Of a stretch of 64,000 nt of DNA, positions 18,414 through 28,445 are shown piece by piece; the first letter of the stretch is position 1, and each line of letters opens with the position of its first letter. The DNA is from Bryobacteraceae bacterium (GTDB lineage: Bacteria; Acidobacteriota; Terriglobia; Bryobacterales; Bryobacteraceae). The stretch is from NCBI GenBank assembly GCA_041394885.1, contig JAWKHI010000018.1, positions 48,754-112,753 on the forward strand, read 5' to 3'. The notes under the pieces were generated by a model. The model saw nothing but the letters and a program-made list of their open reading frames with translations, was not told where the DNA came from and searched no databases. The position numbers and the translations under genes were made by a program.

Positions 18414-20924
18414 ATGCATCGCCCACACTTCCTGGGGGCCATCTGGCTGCTCTACGCCGGCGCTGCCGCAGCCCAGCCGCCGCTGAACTGCACGGCCCAG
18501 GCCGCGGGGACGCCTCAGATCCGCTCGGAAGGCGTTTCCGAACTCGTCGGCGACATCCTGATCATCTGCAGCAGCGGAAGCCCGGCAGGCCCAGTAGAAC
18601 AACTCCGGTTGCTTGACATCCTAGTGACAACCAGTTCATCGATCGACATCACGGGTCGCATCGGTCCGGATGGCCAACTGACCGAGGCATTGGCGTTCTT
18701 CGACGAGCCAATGCCCAGTCTTCAGCATCCCTGCGGGAGCCCATCCGCTCCCTACTCAATTCCGCCGGGCTCGGGTTCACTGCTACCTGGAGTGTGCGGT
18801 GCTCACGCGGGGTCGCCCTCCGGCAATGGAATCGGCGCCTATGATCCCAGTATCAATGCTCCTATTCTTACGGTTGGCGCCACAACCTATCAGACCCACC
18901 GTGCCAATGCATTTCAGGCTCGCCGTCTCACGAGTAACACGATCGTTTGGAAAAGCGTACCGTTCGACGATCCAGGCATCCTCAGCACCCGCATCATCCG
19001 GTTGACTAACTTGCGCGTCAACGCAAGTCAACTCGGTGTGCCGCTGGGGCAGCAGGCCGTTGTCCAGACGATCATTACCGCGATCCCCAGCACGGGTGGC
19101 CCTGTCCCTGTTACGAATAACGCCCCGACCGTCGCCATCGCCCAGCCGGGTGTGTCATTCGCGGTGGTTGACAAGCCTACCTGTTTGCAGTCAAACCCGG
19201 CCAACGCCGCCTTCGCTGCGTCAGCGGTGAATCCACTGACAGCGCTCGGCAGCCGGTGCGACGGAAGGGCCGCGTTGCTACGCTTCGAGGAATACTTCCC
19301 GTCGGCGTTCAAACGGCGCGCTTGGGACCCGAGCCAGGCCATCGATGTTCCAGGCCAGCCCACCTCACAGGATGTTCTCGGGTATCCCTTCTTCACCGAA
19401 TCCGGCATCTTCAAAGCCGCGACTTCCAGTTTCTGGCCGGCGACCCTGCAAAACGGCCAACCCGCGGCTGGCACGGCGCCCGGCACTCTCGGCTTGGCGG
19501 ATTCGGCAACGCGGCTAGTGGTGCGATTTCAGAACATCCAGAACGGGGTAGCGGTATGGCTGGGTACGAGCGTGCCCATCTACACATCGGCCAGCCCCGC
19601 CGTCCGCACCGGAACCGCGCGCCTCGTCCAGACCGATGCTAACGGCGCGGGCGAGTTCAACGTAATTAGTCCTGGCGCTTCACCGGCCAATTTCCGCACC
19701 GTCTCGAGTGTAACTCCGATCCCGCCAGGCTACGATAATGACGGGCTCCATCGCCTGACAGTCTCCGCCGGGGCAGGCTACGCGGTCTACGAACTGGTGC
19801 ACGCCGATACCACCCAACTGGAACGGGTGGACATCCCGGTGGTGTTTGCCTACGCCTCGAACCCCGGCGCGAACCTGCCCTCGTTCGGCACCGCCACCGT
19901 GAGCGGCGCCCTGGGCCCGGCCAGTGCGATCGCGTCTGCCAGCGCCACCGCTCCGCTGCCGCGCTTTGTCGACAGCGGCGCGGCGGCACCTGTGCTGACC
20001 ATCACCAGTGCGGGCATGCCGTCGCCGCGGCCTCCCTCGCCCACCTCCGGCGCGGGCCTCGCGCAGACGTTCACTTTCCAGTTCGACGATGCCGACGGCG
20101 CGGGCGATCTTTCCGTGCTCAACGTCCTGATCAACAACGCCATCGACGGCCGCCAGTCCTGTTACATCGCCTACGTGCCCTCAGGCCCCGGCACCGGGAC
20201 GATGTTCCTGGTGAATGACGCCGGCGACGCCGGGGGACCGTTCGCGGGCGCGCTCGCGATCCCGAGCACGGCCTCCATCGGCAATTCGCAATGCCAGATT
20301 CACGGCACGGGATCGTCCGCGTCCTTCTCAGGCGCGCGGCTCGCGCTCGCTTTGAACGTCACCTTCGCCGGAACCTACGCTGGCCGCCGAATCGTGTATC
20401 AAGCCGCGCGAGACCGGGCGGGCAACAACTCGGGATGGGTGGCCAAAGGAGTCTGGACGGTTCCCGGCGCAGCGCCCACTTCTCCGCGTGTCGACGCATC
20501 CACGCCGCCGCGCACCGAGGCGTCGACGTTCACGCTGACGACGACTTTCACCGACGACGATGGCTTCGCGGATTTGGGCGTGCTGAACATCCTAGTGAAC
20601 AATGCCGTCGATGGGCGACAGGCCTGCTACGCCGCGTTCGTGCGGTCTGCCAACACGCTCGTGCTGGTCAACGACGCCGGTGACGCCGGAGGACCGTTCG
20701 CGGGGTCGATCGCCATCCCGGGCGGATCGAACGCGTCCAACAGCCAATGCCGGATTGACGCGAGCGGGTCCGTGGTGGGGAGCGCCGGAAAATCCATTTT
20801 CCTGACGCTTCGCTTCACTTTCTTCGCGCCGTTCCGCGGCGACCGGATCGTTTACGCGGCGGCCCGGGATACGGTTGAGAACTCCTCCGGTTGGCAGGCC
20901 ATCGGGACGGTGACGGTTCCCTAG
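18414..20924 (+). CDS. large secreted hypothetical protein with two tandem ~133-aa C-terminal domains
   Basis: 836-aa ORF with GGAGG 7 nt upstream and the signal peptide FLGAIWLLYAGAAAAQ. Internal repeats at 20067..20465 and 20526..20921. Confidence 0.75.
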   Translation: MHRPHFLGAIWLLYAGAAAAQPPLNCTAQAAGTPQIRSEGVSELVGDILIICSSGSPAGPVEQLRLLDILVTTSSSIDITGRIGPDGQLTEALAFFDEPMPSLQHPCGSPSAPYSIPPGSGSLLPGVCGAHAGSPSGNGIGAYDPSINAPILTVGATTYQTHRANAFQARRLTSNTIVWKSVPFDDPGILSTRIIRLTNLRVNASQLGVPLGQQAVVQTIITAIPSTGGPVPVTNNAPTVAIAQPGVSFAVVDKPTCLQSNPANAAFAASAVNPLTALGSRCDGRAALLRFEEYFPSAFKRRAWDPSQAIDVPGQPTSQDVLGYPFFTESGIFKAATSSFWPATLQNGQPAAGTAPGTLGLADSATRLVVRFQNIQNGVAVWLGTSVPIYTSASPAVRTGTARLVQTDANGAGEFNVISPGASPANFRTVSSVTPIPPGYDNDGLHRLTVSAGAGYAVYELVHADTTQLERVDIPVVFAYASNPGANLPSFGTATVSGALGPASAIASASATAPLPRFVDSGAAAPVLTITSAGMPSPRPPSPTSGAGLAQTFTFQFDDADGAGDLSVLNVLINNAIDGRQSCYIAYVPSGPGTGTMFLVNDAGDAGGPFAGALAIPSTASIGNSQCQIHGTGSSASFSGARLALALNVTFAGTYAGRRIVYQAARDRAGNNSGWVAKGVWTVPGAAPTSPRVDASTPPRTEASTFTLTTTFTDDDGFADLGVLNILVNNAVDGRQACYAAFVRSANTLVLVNDAGDAGGPFAGSIAIPGGSNASNSQCRIDASGSVVGSAGKSIFLTLRFTFFAPFRGDRIVYAAARDTVENSSGWQAIGTVTVP

Positions 20925-20926
20925 CG

Positions 20927-22576
20927 CTACTCGCTCGACGGGGGTTCCGCCGGCCGGTCCGGAAGCGACTCGAGGTACGCCAGCAGCCGCTCCAGATCCT
21001 GGGGCGGAAACCGGTACGGCGGCATCGTCGTTCCCGGCGAGAGTTTCTTGGGCTCCAGAAAATGTTGCGTGATCCAGGCGCGATCGCGCCGGCGCCGTAG
21101 GCCGTTGAGCACAGGCCCGAGTTTCTTACCGACGCCATTGATCTGGTGACAGGCCGCGCATTGAAAACGCTGGTAAATGATGGAGCCTTCCACCTCCGCC
21201 GCCGGAGCGGACAACAGCACCGCGGCATTGGCCGGGCGCAACCGAAGCAGGAAGGCAGCCATACCGTTCAGTTGTGAGTCGCTCAACTGTGTGGGGGGCA
21301 TGGTCGTCCCCGGCATCACTTCACTGGGGTTCTTGAAATGCCTGATCATCCAGCCGGCGTCTCGCCGCGTGGAGACCTTCGAGAGGTCAGGGCCATCGAC
21401 GGATCCGCCGCCGCCGACCGCGTGGCAGGAGCGGCAGCTCTCTCGCCGGTAGTACCCGAGCCCGGCTAATTCTTCCGACGACAGCGTCTGCCATGCCTGC
21501 ACCGGTTCATCCGGCCGATCCTGATCGGCGGCCTCCTTCGGCGTGCTGCGCACCGCGGCGATCGTCAGCCCGGCCCACGCCGCCACGGCAAGTCCCGCCA
21601 ATCCGAAGGCAAAAGCGCGCTGCCGAAGGCGGGTGATCTTCTGCCGGTCCAGAAAGGGCGCCATGGCCAGCAGGGCGATCGCCAACCCGGGCAGAATGTG
21701 CGCTCCCACCACTTCGAGCGGACCCTCAAAAAACTTGAGCGTCTGAAACAGGAACAGAAAATACCATTCCGGCCGTGGAATGTAGGTGGTGTCGGTGGGG
21801 TCCGCCAGGCGGCCCAGCGGAGCTTCGATGGTTGCGGCGAGGGTGAACAGGACAGCGAAAGCGACGAACATGGCGACGGTGTCTTTGTACACCTGGCCCG
21901 GATAGAATTTCTTCTTCGGACCTTCGTCGCCGGGGGAAGGAGCGACGCCGTGCTTGCGAACCAGATAGACGTGTCCGGCGATGATGAGCGTGGTGGTAAG
22001 CGGCAGCAGCATCACGTGCAGCGCGTAGAAGCGGGCGAAAGTAATCACGCCGACGCCGTTCTCGCTGCCCATCAGCCGCTGCAGGTACTCGCCGGCTCCA
22101 GGCGCCTTGGCGGCGATTTGCGTCGTCACCACGGTGCCCCAGTAAGCCCGGTTATCCCACGGGAGCAGATAGCCCGTGAGCCCGAACGCGAGCGTCAACA
22201 GCAGCAGCACGATGCCCACCAGCCAGGTGGCTTCGCGGGGCTTCTTGTAAGCGCCCCACAAAAACACCTGGAGCATATGCAGCGCGACAACCACGATCAT
22301 CATGCTGGCGCCCCAGTGATGCAATCCGCGGATCAGCTTGCCGCCGGTGACATCGTTCATGAGGTACTGAATCGAGTTGTGCGCCTCGCCGGGCGAGGCC
22401 GCGTAGTTCAAAGACAGCATCAATCCGGTAAAGACCTGCGCCATGAAGCAGAACAGCGCGACGCTACCGAGCACCTGATGCCAGCCCGCGGAAGCCGGGA
22501 TTTCCTCACCGAGGAAATGGCGTACGGCTGATTCGAGCCCGGTGCGGGATTCAATCCAATCGACGATTGGCCGCAT
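20927..22576 (-). CDS. cytochrome b fused to a C-terminal diheme cytochrome c module
   Basis: The N-terminal 400 aa are cytochrome b-like (GLHHWGASMMIV, LPWDNRAYWG). The C-terminal part carries two CxxCH motifs (CRSCHAVGG, CAACHQING). Confidence 0.85.
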   Translation of the reverse strand: MRPIVDWIESRTGLESAVRHFLGEEIPASAGWHQVLGSVALFCFMAQVFTGLMLSLNYAASPGEAHNSIQYLMNDVTGGKLIRGLHHWGASMMIVVVALHMLQVFLWGAYKKPREATWLVGIVLLLLTLAFGLTGYLLPWDNRAYWGTVVTTQIAAKAPGAGEYLQRLMGSENGVGVITFARFYALHVMLLPLTTTLIIAGHVYLVRKHGVAPSPGDEGPKKKFYPGQVYKDTVAMFVAFAVLFTLAATIEAPLGRLADPTDTTYIPRPEWYFLFLFQTLKFFEGPLEVVGAHILPGLAIALLAMAPFLDRQKITRLRQRAFAFGLAGLAVAAWAGLTIAAVRSTPKEAADQDRPDEPVQAWQTLSSEELAGLGYYRRESCRSCHAVGGGGSVDGPDLSKVSTRRDAGWMIRHFKNPSEVMPGTTMPPTQLSDSQLNGMAAFLLRLRPANAAVLLSAPAAEVEGSIIYQRFQCAACHQINGVGKKLGPVLNGLRRRRDRAWITQHFLEPKKLSPGTTMPPYRFPPQDLERLLAYLESLPDRPAEPPSSE

Positions 22577-22580
22577 CGTC

Positions 22581-23099
22581 CTAGGCCTCCTTGCCCACCT
22601 GGATCACGGGTCCAACCTGGAGCTTGCCGTTTTCGACGCGCGTCTGGTAGCGATCGAGCGGGCGTGGCGCCGGCCCTTCGAGCACGCGGCCATCGGCGGC
22701 GAAGGTCGAGGTGTGGCAAGGGCACAGGAAATTCTTGTTGCGTTCGTCCCAGTGGTAGGCACAGCCGAGGTGTGTACAGCCGGGGGCGAACGCCACTACC
22801 TGACCTCCATCCAGACGCAATACCCAAGCGCTGGTTTTTTCGCTGATGCGTCTCCAGCCATCCTGGCGTGTACGCCGGAATACGATCTCCTCGGGCTGAT
22901 CGGTGCGCAGCTGCGCGACGTCGCCGATCTCGACGAATTGAGCGTTGTTCTGCCTCCGGGACGGCAGTATCAGGTAGAGCAGGGCCGGAATGCCAAATCC
23001 GGCGGAGATAAGCGATGTGAGTGCATAAATAACGGTGACATGGAACCGCCGTCGAGTCCCTTCCGCAGCCGTTCCCTCTTGTTGCGCCATGAATCTCAT
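22581..23099 (-). CDS. Rieske [2Fe-2S] subunit
   Basis: N-terminal TM helix plus CTHLGC...CPCHTS cluster-binding boxes. Lies 4 nt upstream of the cytochrome b gene. Confidence 0.85.
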   Translation of the reverse strand: MRFMAQQEGTAAEGTRRRFHVTVIYALTSLISAGFGIPALLYLILPSRRQNNAQFVEIGDVAQLRTDQPEEIVFRRTRQDGWRRISEKTSAWVLRLDGGQVVAFAPGCTHLGCAYHWDERNKNFLCPCHTSTFAADGRVLEGPAPRPLDRYQTRVENGKLQVGPVIQVGKEA

Positions 23100-23160
23100 T
23101 CTAAGAGAGTTGGCCGAGAACAGGTGTTAAACGTCGGGGAGCGAGTTGTAAAAAACGCCG

Positions 23161-24576
23161 CTACCGGAATCGGAACGAAAACAGATCCGAGTCCTTGAGC
23201 GCAAAACGCAAACGGACGGTTCTTCCGGCGAGCGCGGCGACGCCCGATCCGGATTTCCAGGAAGCAGTGCGCTCGATCTGATCGCCGATGATTTCGCGCG
23301 AATCCTCGAGCGCATATCCCGGAATGGGCGCGCCGTTTTCGTCCTGGATCTCGACACGAATGCCGCCGGCGGCCGAGGTGGAGTAGTTGAGCTCCAACTC
23401 GCTCCCGGAGAAGCGCAGTGGACGGGTAAGCATCTCGCCTCCGGAGAAGCCGGCGTGAAGGGCGGCGAAACCATCCAGGCGGAGGGCGTAGCGGGCGATG
23501 TAGGCGGTGGGCTGGCCGTAGTTACGATTGACGTAGAACGACATCTCGGCGGGACCGGTTTGCACCACGTTCAGCGCCGGGTAGTTGGTGCGGGAGGTCC
23601 AGTTCTCCATTCCGAGCCCGGGCCGCAGGAAGCTCTCGAGAAACGTACGGTCGTAGCGGGCGCCGCCGCGAGTGGTGAACAGGACGGCGTCGGAGGCGTC
23701 TTTGAAATAACCCGGGTCCACTTGGATGGCGCGGGCTTCGTCTTCGGTGAGGACCTGGCGTTTGGGAAGGAATCGCGCGGCGATGCTGACAGAGATGTGC
23801 GGGGCGCGGAAGTACGGGCTGGTCTGGTTGGTGTAGAGGTGCTCGGCGGGAGCGGCGGCGTCTCCATGATGGAACGACATTTCGACGGGCTCTTCCCACT
23901 CGAGGAAGTCCGGACTGGTGGTGCGGGCCACCCATCGCACGCGTCCCATACCCGGAATCTCCTTGAAGACGCGGAAGTAGGCGACATACCGGCCCTCCGC
24001 GGCGGACCAAAAGGCGAGGTTTTGGGAGTCGTACCGCGTCACCTTGGAAGGGGGAAGCACGGGCTCATCGCGCATCTTCTTCCACTGGAGCCCATCGGAG
24101 GATATGAAAGCGGCCAATCCACTGCGTGAGATACCGGCGAGCGCCTTCCAACGTTGGGCGGCCGGCACTCCGGGCCGGGTGTCGAGAAAGGGCGTAAAGT
24201 TATGCGAGTAAGGGACCGCGCCGCGCAGCACGACATTGCTGGCGGGCTTGGTCCAATGGACGCCGTCGGGCGATTCCGCGTAGCAGGTGATCTCTCCCGC
24301 GTCGCCGTCGGCCCCTCCCGATGGGCGGCCTCGGTAGTACATTCTGAATCCGCCTTGGTGCCGGATGACGGTGGCATATCCGCTGAAGGGGCCTTCCCAG
24401 GCGCGGTCGAGCTTCAGGGCGACGCCCATTGCGCGAGGCGTCTGGAGACGAAGTTCCGCGCCACGGAGCGCCGAGATCAGATGATGATCGACCATCAGCT
24501 CGCGGCGGGCGCCGATGTCGATCGCCTGCGCGTGAACAGCAATGCAGGCGGCGGAGACTGCGAACAGGAGTTTCAT
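23161..24576 (-). CDS. secreted hypothetical protein (possibly glycosidase-like beta-propeller; function not established)
   Basis: 471-aa ORF with the signal peptide MKLLFAVSAACIAVHAQA and globular composition. I recognise no diagnostic motif. Confidence 0.5.
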   Translation of the reverse strand: MKLLFAVSAACIAVHAQAIDIGARRELMVDHHLISALRGAELRLQTPRAMGVALKLDRAWEGPFSGYATVIRHQGGFRMYYRGRPSGGADGDAGEITCYAESPDGVHWTKPASNVVLRGAVPYSHNFTPFLDTRPGVPAAQRWKALAGISRSGLAAFISSDGLQWKKMRDEPVLPPSKVTRYDSQNLAFWSAAEGRYVAYFRVFKEIPGMGRVRWVARTTSPDFLEWEEPVEMSFHHGDAAAPAEHLYTNQTSPYFRAPHISVSIAARFLPKRQVLTEDEARAIQVDPGYFKDASDAVLFTTRGGARYDRTFLESFLRPGLGMENWTSRTNYPALNVVQTGPAEMSFYVNRNYGQPTAYIARYALRLDGFAALHAGFSGGEMLTRPLRFSGSELELNYSTSAAGGIRVEIQDENGAPIPGYALEDSREIIGDQIERTASWKSGSGVAALAGRTVRLRFALKDSDLFSFRFR

Positions 24577-26262
24577 CTACTTGGTGAGCGAGCGTTCCTT
24601 GGCTGTATCTTCGGCGGCTCCCTGTTCGTCGCCGATGCGGCGGCGGGCCGCGGAACGATTGCGATAGGCATTGGCGTAGGCAGGATTGATCCGGATGGCG
24701 GCGGTGAAATCCTCGATGGCGGCGAGAGGGTTTCGCATCATCATCTTCACATAACCGCGAGCGTTGGCGGCGAGTGCATGGTTGGGATTCAGCCGCAGCG
24801 ACTCGTTCAGATGCTGGAGCGCCTGTGGCCAGTCCTGGCGGGCGATGGCTTCGCGGCCCGCCTTGTGATGGCCCTCCGCATCGAGGGAACTGAGGGGAGC
24901 GGTTGGAGCAGGGGCCGGCGCAGGAGGCGGAGGAGCAGGAACGGCAGCCGCGGGCTCCGGGGCTGCCGGTTTCGGAGCCGGTGGAGTCTTCGCGACAGGC
25001 GGAGCTTTCTCGACTGCCGGGGTCTTCCCGGCGGGCGTTTCGATTTCCAGAAGGCTTCCGGCGGTGAGGGCGGACTTGGGTTCCTCGATCACCTGCTCCC
25101 GGCGCAGGGTGGCGATCTCGGTGGCGGCGATCGAATGCTCGAGGCGATCGATCAACTCGGCCGAGGCTTTGTCGGCGGGATTGAGCCGGACCGCTTCTTT
25201 GAGATCCGCCATGGCGGCATCGGTTCTGCCGAGGATGAAGTTTGCATTGCCGCGAGCCGCCCAGGCGAGGGAGAAGTTGGGATCGAGTTCAATGGCCTTG
25301 GTGCGGTCCGCGAGGCCGCGATCGTGTTCGCCGACCAGGTGATACGATCCGCCGCGGGCGACATAGGATTCGGCGGCATCGGGACGCAATTTTACGACGC
25401 GGTCGCGATCGGCCAGCGCTTCCCGGTATCGCTTGAGGCGGACGTAGGCGGAGGCGCGCGCCAACAGCAGTTTTGGGTCGTCTGGCGTAATATTCAGCGC
25501 CGCGGTGTAGTCGGCCGCGGCGGCGTCGAGATTTCCCAAGACGTCATTGGCGCCTCCGCGGAGTGTACGGACGCGGAGATCACCGGCGCCGTTGGCCACC
25601 ACTTTGTCGAGGTCCGCCAGGGCGAGATCGAAGCGGCCGGATGATCCGTAGAGTTGTGCGCGCTCCACGTAGGCCGGCCAAAAATCCGGCTTGTGAAGGA
25701 TGGCGGAGGTGCAGTCCTCAATGGCGTCCTGCTGTTGATTGAGTTGCGCCTTGGCCTTGGCGCGTTCGAGATAGGGCTCGGGGGCATCGAGCCGCAGGCG
25801 GATCCCCTGATCGTAGTCGGCGATGGCTTCGGCCCAGTGGCTGGCGGCCGCATGAGCCTTGGCGCGCCCGTTGTAGGAGGCCGCCTGACGGAGGCCGAGT
25901 TCGATGGCGCGAGTGAAGGCGGCGACGGCGTCGACGGAGCGGCCGGCGGCGATGAGGGCTTCGCCGCGGGTCAACTGCGCACCGGGGTCATTCGGCGCAA
26001 GTCGAATGGCTTCATCGAGATCGGCGACCGCGCCGGAGGCATCGGCGATAGCCATCCGGCACTCGGCGCGGTGGAGATAGGGCTCGCGCCAAGCGGGATT
26101 GGTCTCGATCAGATTGCCAAAGGCAGCGGCGGCCTTGGCGAAGTCGCCGGCCTGCTTCCACCGCAGGCCTTCTTCCAAGGTTGCCTTCGCCCGCCCATCC
26201 TGAGCGAAGGTCCCAGAACTGATCGCGGCGACGAGGACGGTAGTAATAACGCTTCGGCGCAT
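24577..26262 (-). CDS. secreted tetratricopeptide-repeat (TPR) protein
   Basis: 561-aa ORF with many TPR-like units (A..Y..A..L.P....A...) and a Pro/Ala-rich linker. Confidence 0.8.
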   Translation of the reverse strand: MRRSVITTVLVAAISSGTFAQDGRAKATLEEGLRWKQAGDFAKAAAAFGNLIETNPAWREPYLHRAECRMAIADASGAVADLDEAIRLAPNDPGAQLTRGEALIAAGRSVDAVAAFTRAIELGLRQAASYNGRAKAHAAASHWAEAIADYDQGIRLRLDAPEPYLERAKAKAQLNQQQDAIEDCTSAILHKPDFWPAYVERAQLYGSSGRFDLALADLDKVVANGAGDLRVRTLRGGANDVLGNLDAAAADYTAALNITPDDPKLLLARASAYVRLKRYREALADRDRVVKLRPDAAESYVARGGSYHLVGEHDRGLADRTKAIELDPNFSLAWAARGNANFILGRTDAAMADLKEAVRLNPADKASAELIDRLEHSIAATEIATLRREQVIEEPKSALTAGSLLEIETPAGKTPAVEKAPPVAKTPPAPKPAAPEPAAAVPAPPPPAPAPAPTAPLSSLDAEGHHKAGREAIARQDWPQALQHLNESLRLNPNHALAANARGYVKMMMRNPLAAIEDFTAAIRINPAYANAYRNRSAARRRIGDEQGAAEDTAKERSLTK

Positions 26263-26415
26263 ACGTCGATCTTCACCTATTGTACGCGCCGGCGGATGTT
26301 TAGGGGTCGGGATTGCGCCGCGTGGAGACGCTGGGGGTCAGGATTCGATTTGACGGTGGGACGGGTCCGGAGGGTCCGCGGAGCGACGCGGCCCGGCGTC
26401 GCAAGTGCCCGACAT

Positions 26416-26505
26416 TCAGGTAGGTACGCCCAAACGCGGCAGCACCCATCGCATGACGACGACGTAGCCCGCCAGCAGCAGAATCATGGTTAGCCATTCG
26501 GGCAT
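26416..26505 (-). CDS. small single-TM protein (29 codons to TGA; possible Sec read-through to 26338)
   Basis: Inside ORF 26416..26628. MPEWLTMILLLAGYVVVMRWVLPRLGVPT then TGA. See the finding on the downstream hairpin and in-frame extension. Confidence 0.4.
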   Translation of the reverse strand: MPEWLTMILLLAGYVVVMRWVLPRLGVPT

Positions 26506-26597
26506 CACCCAGACAGATGCAGGCTGCGGACCAAAGGTGACAGACATTGGCGCCGAGGCGCACAATAAGGTGCCCGGCGCACTATAATAGGTGACCG

Positions 26598-27813
26598 ATG
26601 CGCCCCTCCGCTGTGGTATTTCTGGCACCGGTACTCTGCCTTGGCGCGGACTGGTCCGTGGACATCGAGCAAGTCACGCACGGACCCGAGCATCACTTCT
26701 TCGGGTATATCGGCCACGCGAAGACCATCCCGTGGAACCAAAGCGGGCGTTATATGCTGACGCTGCGGACGCGATTTCAGGACCATATGCCGGCCGCGAA
26801 CGACGCCGCGGATGTGGCGGTGATCGATACGCGGGACAACAACCGGGTAGTGGTGCTCGATCGCACGCGCGCGTGGAACTTCCAGCAAGGGACGATGTTC
26901 TATTGGAACCCGGAGGCGCCCGAGACGCAGTTTTTCTTCAACGACCGGGATGTTGCGAGCAATCAGGTGTTCGCGGTGCTCTACGACGTGGCGGCGCGGA
27001 AGCGGATCCGCGAATTCCGGTACCGGGATACGCCGTTCGGCAATTCCGGCGTGTCCCCGGCGGGCGGATCTTTCCTGGGTCTGAACTACGGCCGCATGGC
27101 GCACTCTGCGGCCGGTGACCGGCTATCCAGTGCGCACGGCGGAGCAAGACACCGGCGCCAACGATGATGGCGTGTTCCTGGTGGACACCAAGAACGGACG
27201 CAAGCGCCTGCTGGTCTCGTTTGCCCGGTTGGCGGAAGCGATCCGGCCGCACCGCCCCGATGTGATGGGGCGCGAGCTTTTCATCAACCACACACTGTGG
27301 AATCGCGACGCTTCGCGCATCTACTTCTACGTGCGCGCGGACTTCGGCTCCCGCACCCGCATCGATGTTCCGGTGAGTATCCATCCCGACGGGAGCGGCC
27401 TTACGGTCCACACGCGGCATGTGGGGGGGCACCCGGAGTGGGAGTTTGGATCGAAGCTGTTCGGCATCGACGGCAAGCGGCTGATCCTTTATGACATCGA
27501 TAGCCAGACGATCGTGGGCCAAGTGGGGACGCCCGAGATCATCCCCGATCCCGGCGGCGATTCGGCGCTTTCGCCGGACGGGAAGTGGTTCGTGAACGGG
27601 TATCGGGACAAAGGCAGCAACCACTACGTGATTCTTCGGCGGGAAGACGGGAGTTTCCATCGAACACGGGGATTTCCGCATCCGGGATGGACGAGCGGAG
27701 ACCTGCGGCTGGATGCGGCTCCGGCGTGGAATCGGGATGGGACGAGGATTGCGTTTCCGGCCATCGCGGCGGACGGGACTCGCCAGACATTCGTGATGAC
27801 GATCCGGCGATAG
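26598..27813 (+). pseudogene. secreted beta-propeller-type protein split by one frameshift near 27095-27115
   Basis: ORFs 26598..27167 and 27115..27813 join as ...GLNYGRMA / RTLRPVTGYP.... Signal peptide MRPSAVVFLAPVLCLGA. PD40-like PDGKWF and DGTRIAF strands. Confidence 0.65.
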
Positions 27814-28289
27814 GCGGTGGCTCTGTTCCCGAAAATTCGATTTCGGGGGAAGGTCGGCACGGGGATGGGATGAGCGGTGGACGGTGGGTTCGTTTCTGCA
27901 AAATTCATTTTGTGAGATGCGCCGGGACTGTGGCGTGGGCCTGGACCGGTGCAGTCTGTACGGATTGCTGTGTTGCCGAGTGCGACGCGAATGTTTGGCT
28001 GGCGGCGTTGCATTTGCGGGGTACGGTGACGCATCTCGACTGCGAGGTAGCGCGGGTGCTGGGGGCGCGGGCAAACCCGATCCCGCCAAGTTGTTGGGGC
28101 AATTGAAAATAGATTTCGGTTGCGCTGGAACGTTCCTCTGCTGACCGTCCCGTCCGAGTCTACGGAACCAATATGACGTCACCTCCGACGGCAGGAGATT
28201 CCAGTTGATAGGCTCAGGGCTAGACTCAAGCGCGCCTCGAGGTTCAAGATCAGCGGGGGTAGCGCAATGTGACCGTGTGCAGAGGATAT

Positions 28290-28445
28290 TCAGGTTGATG
28301 TCGCGATTTCGATCTCCTTGATCAACGACAATGCGAGCATCCGGTCGTGATCCAGATCGCCGCGATCTCTTCCTTCCACGAAAGACCGTGCCTCTCTCGC
28401 GGCATCCAACATATGAGTGAGACGAATGCGGTCAGCCTCGCTCAT
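28290..28445 (-). pseudogene. HEPN (DUF86) toxin, N-terminal 51 codons only
   Basis: Hand translation gives MSEADRIRLTHMLDAAREARSFVEGRDRGDLDHDRMLALSLIKEIEIATST*. The sequence stops where IGEAA and the Rx4H motif normally follow. The ATG overlaps the MNT stop. Confidence 0.6.

Noticed and set aside
26416-26628. The full 70-aa ORF as listed in the track.
   Set aside because: The N-terminal 41 codons (MPEIPQRRGASVTYYSAPG...) lack any RBS or protein-like features. Only the distal TM segment from ATG 26505 is considered, and that only tentatively.
27828-27847. Hairpin CCCGAAA-ATTCGA-TTTCGGG 15 nt after the beta-propeller gene stop.
   Set aside because: It is a plausible transcript-end structure but lacks a U tract, so it is not reported as a terminator.
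28254-28330. tRNA-like 5' string GCGGGGGTAGCGCAATG and a T-arm-like GTCGCGATTTCGATCTCC.
   Set aside because: No complementary acceptor 3' strand, no proper D or anticodon arms, and no GTTCRANYC T-loop. Part of it is the coding sequence of the HEPN remnant.
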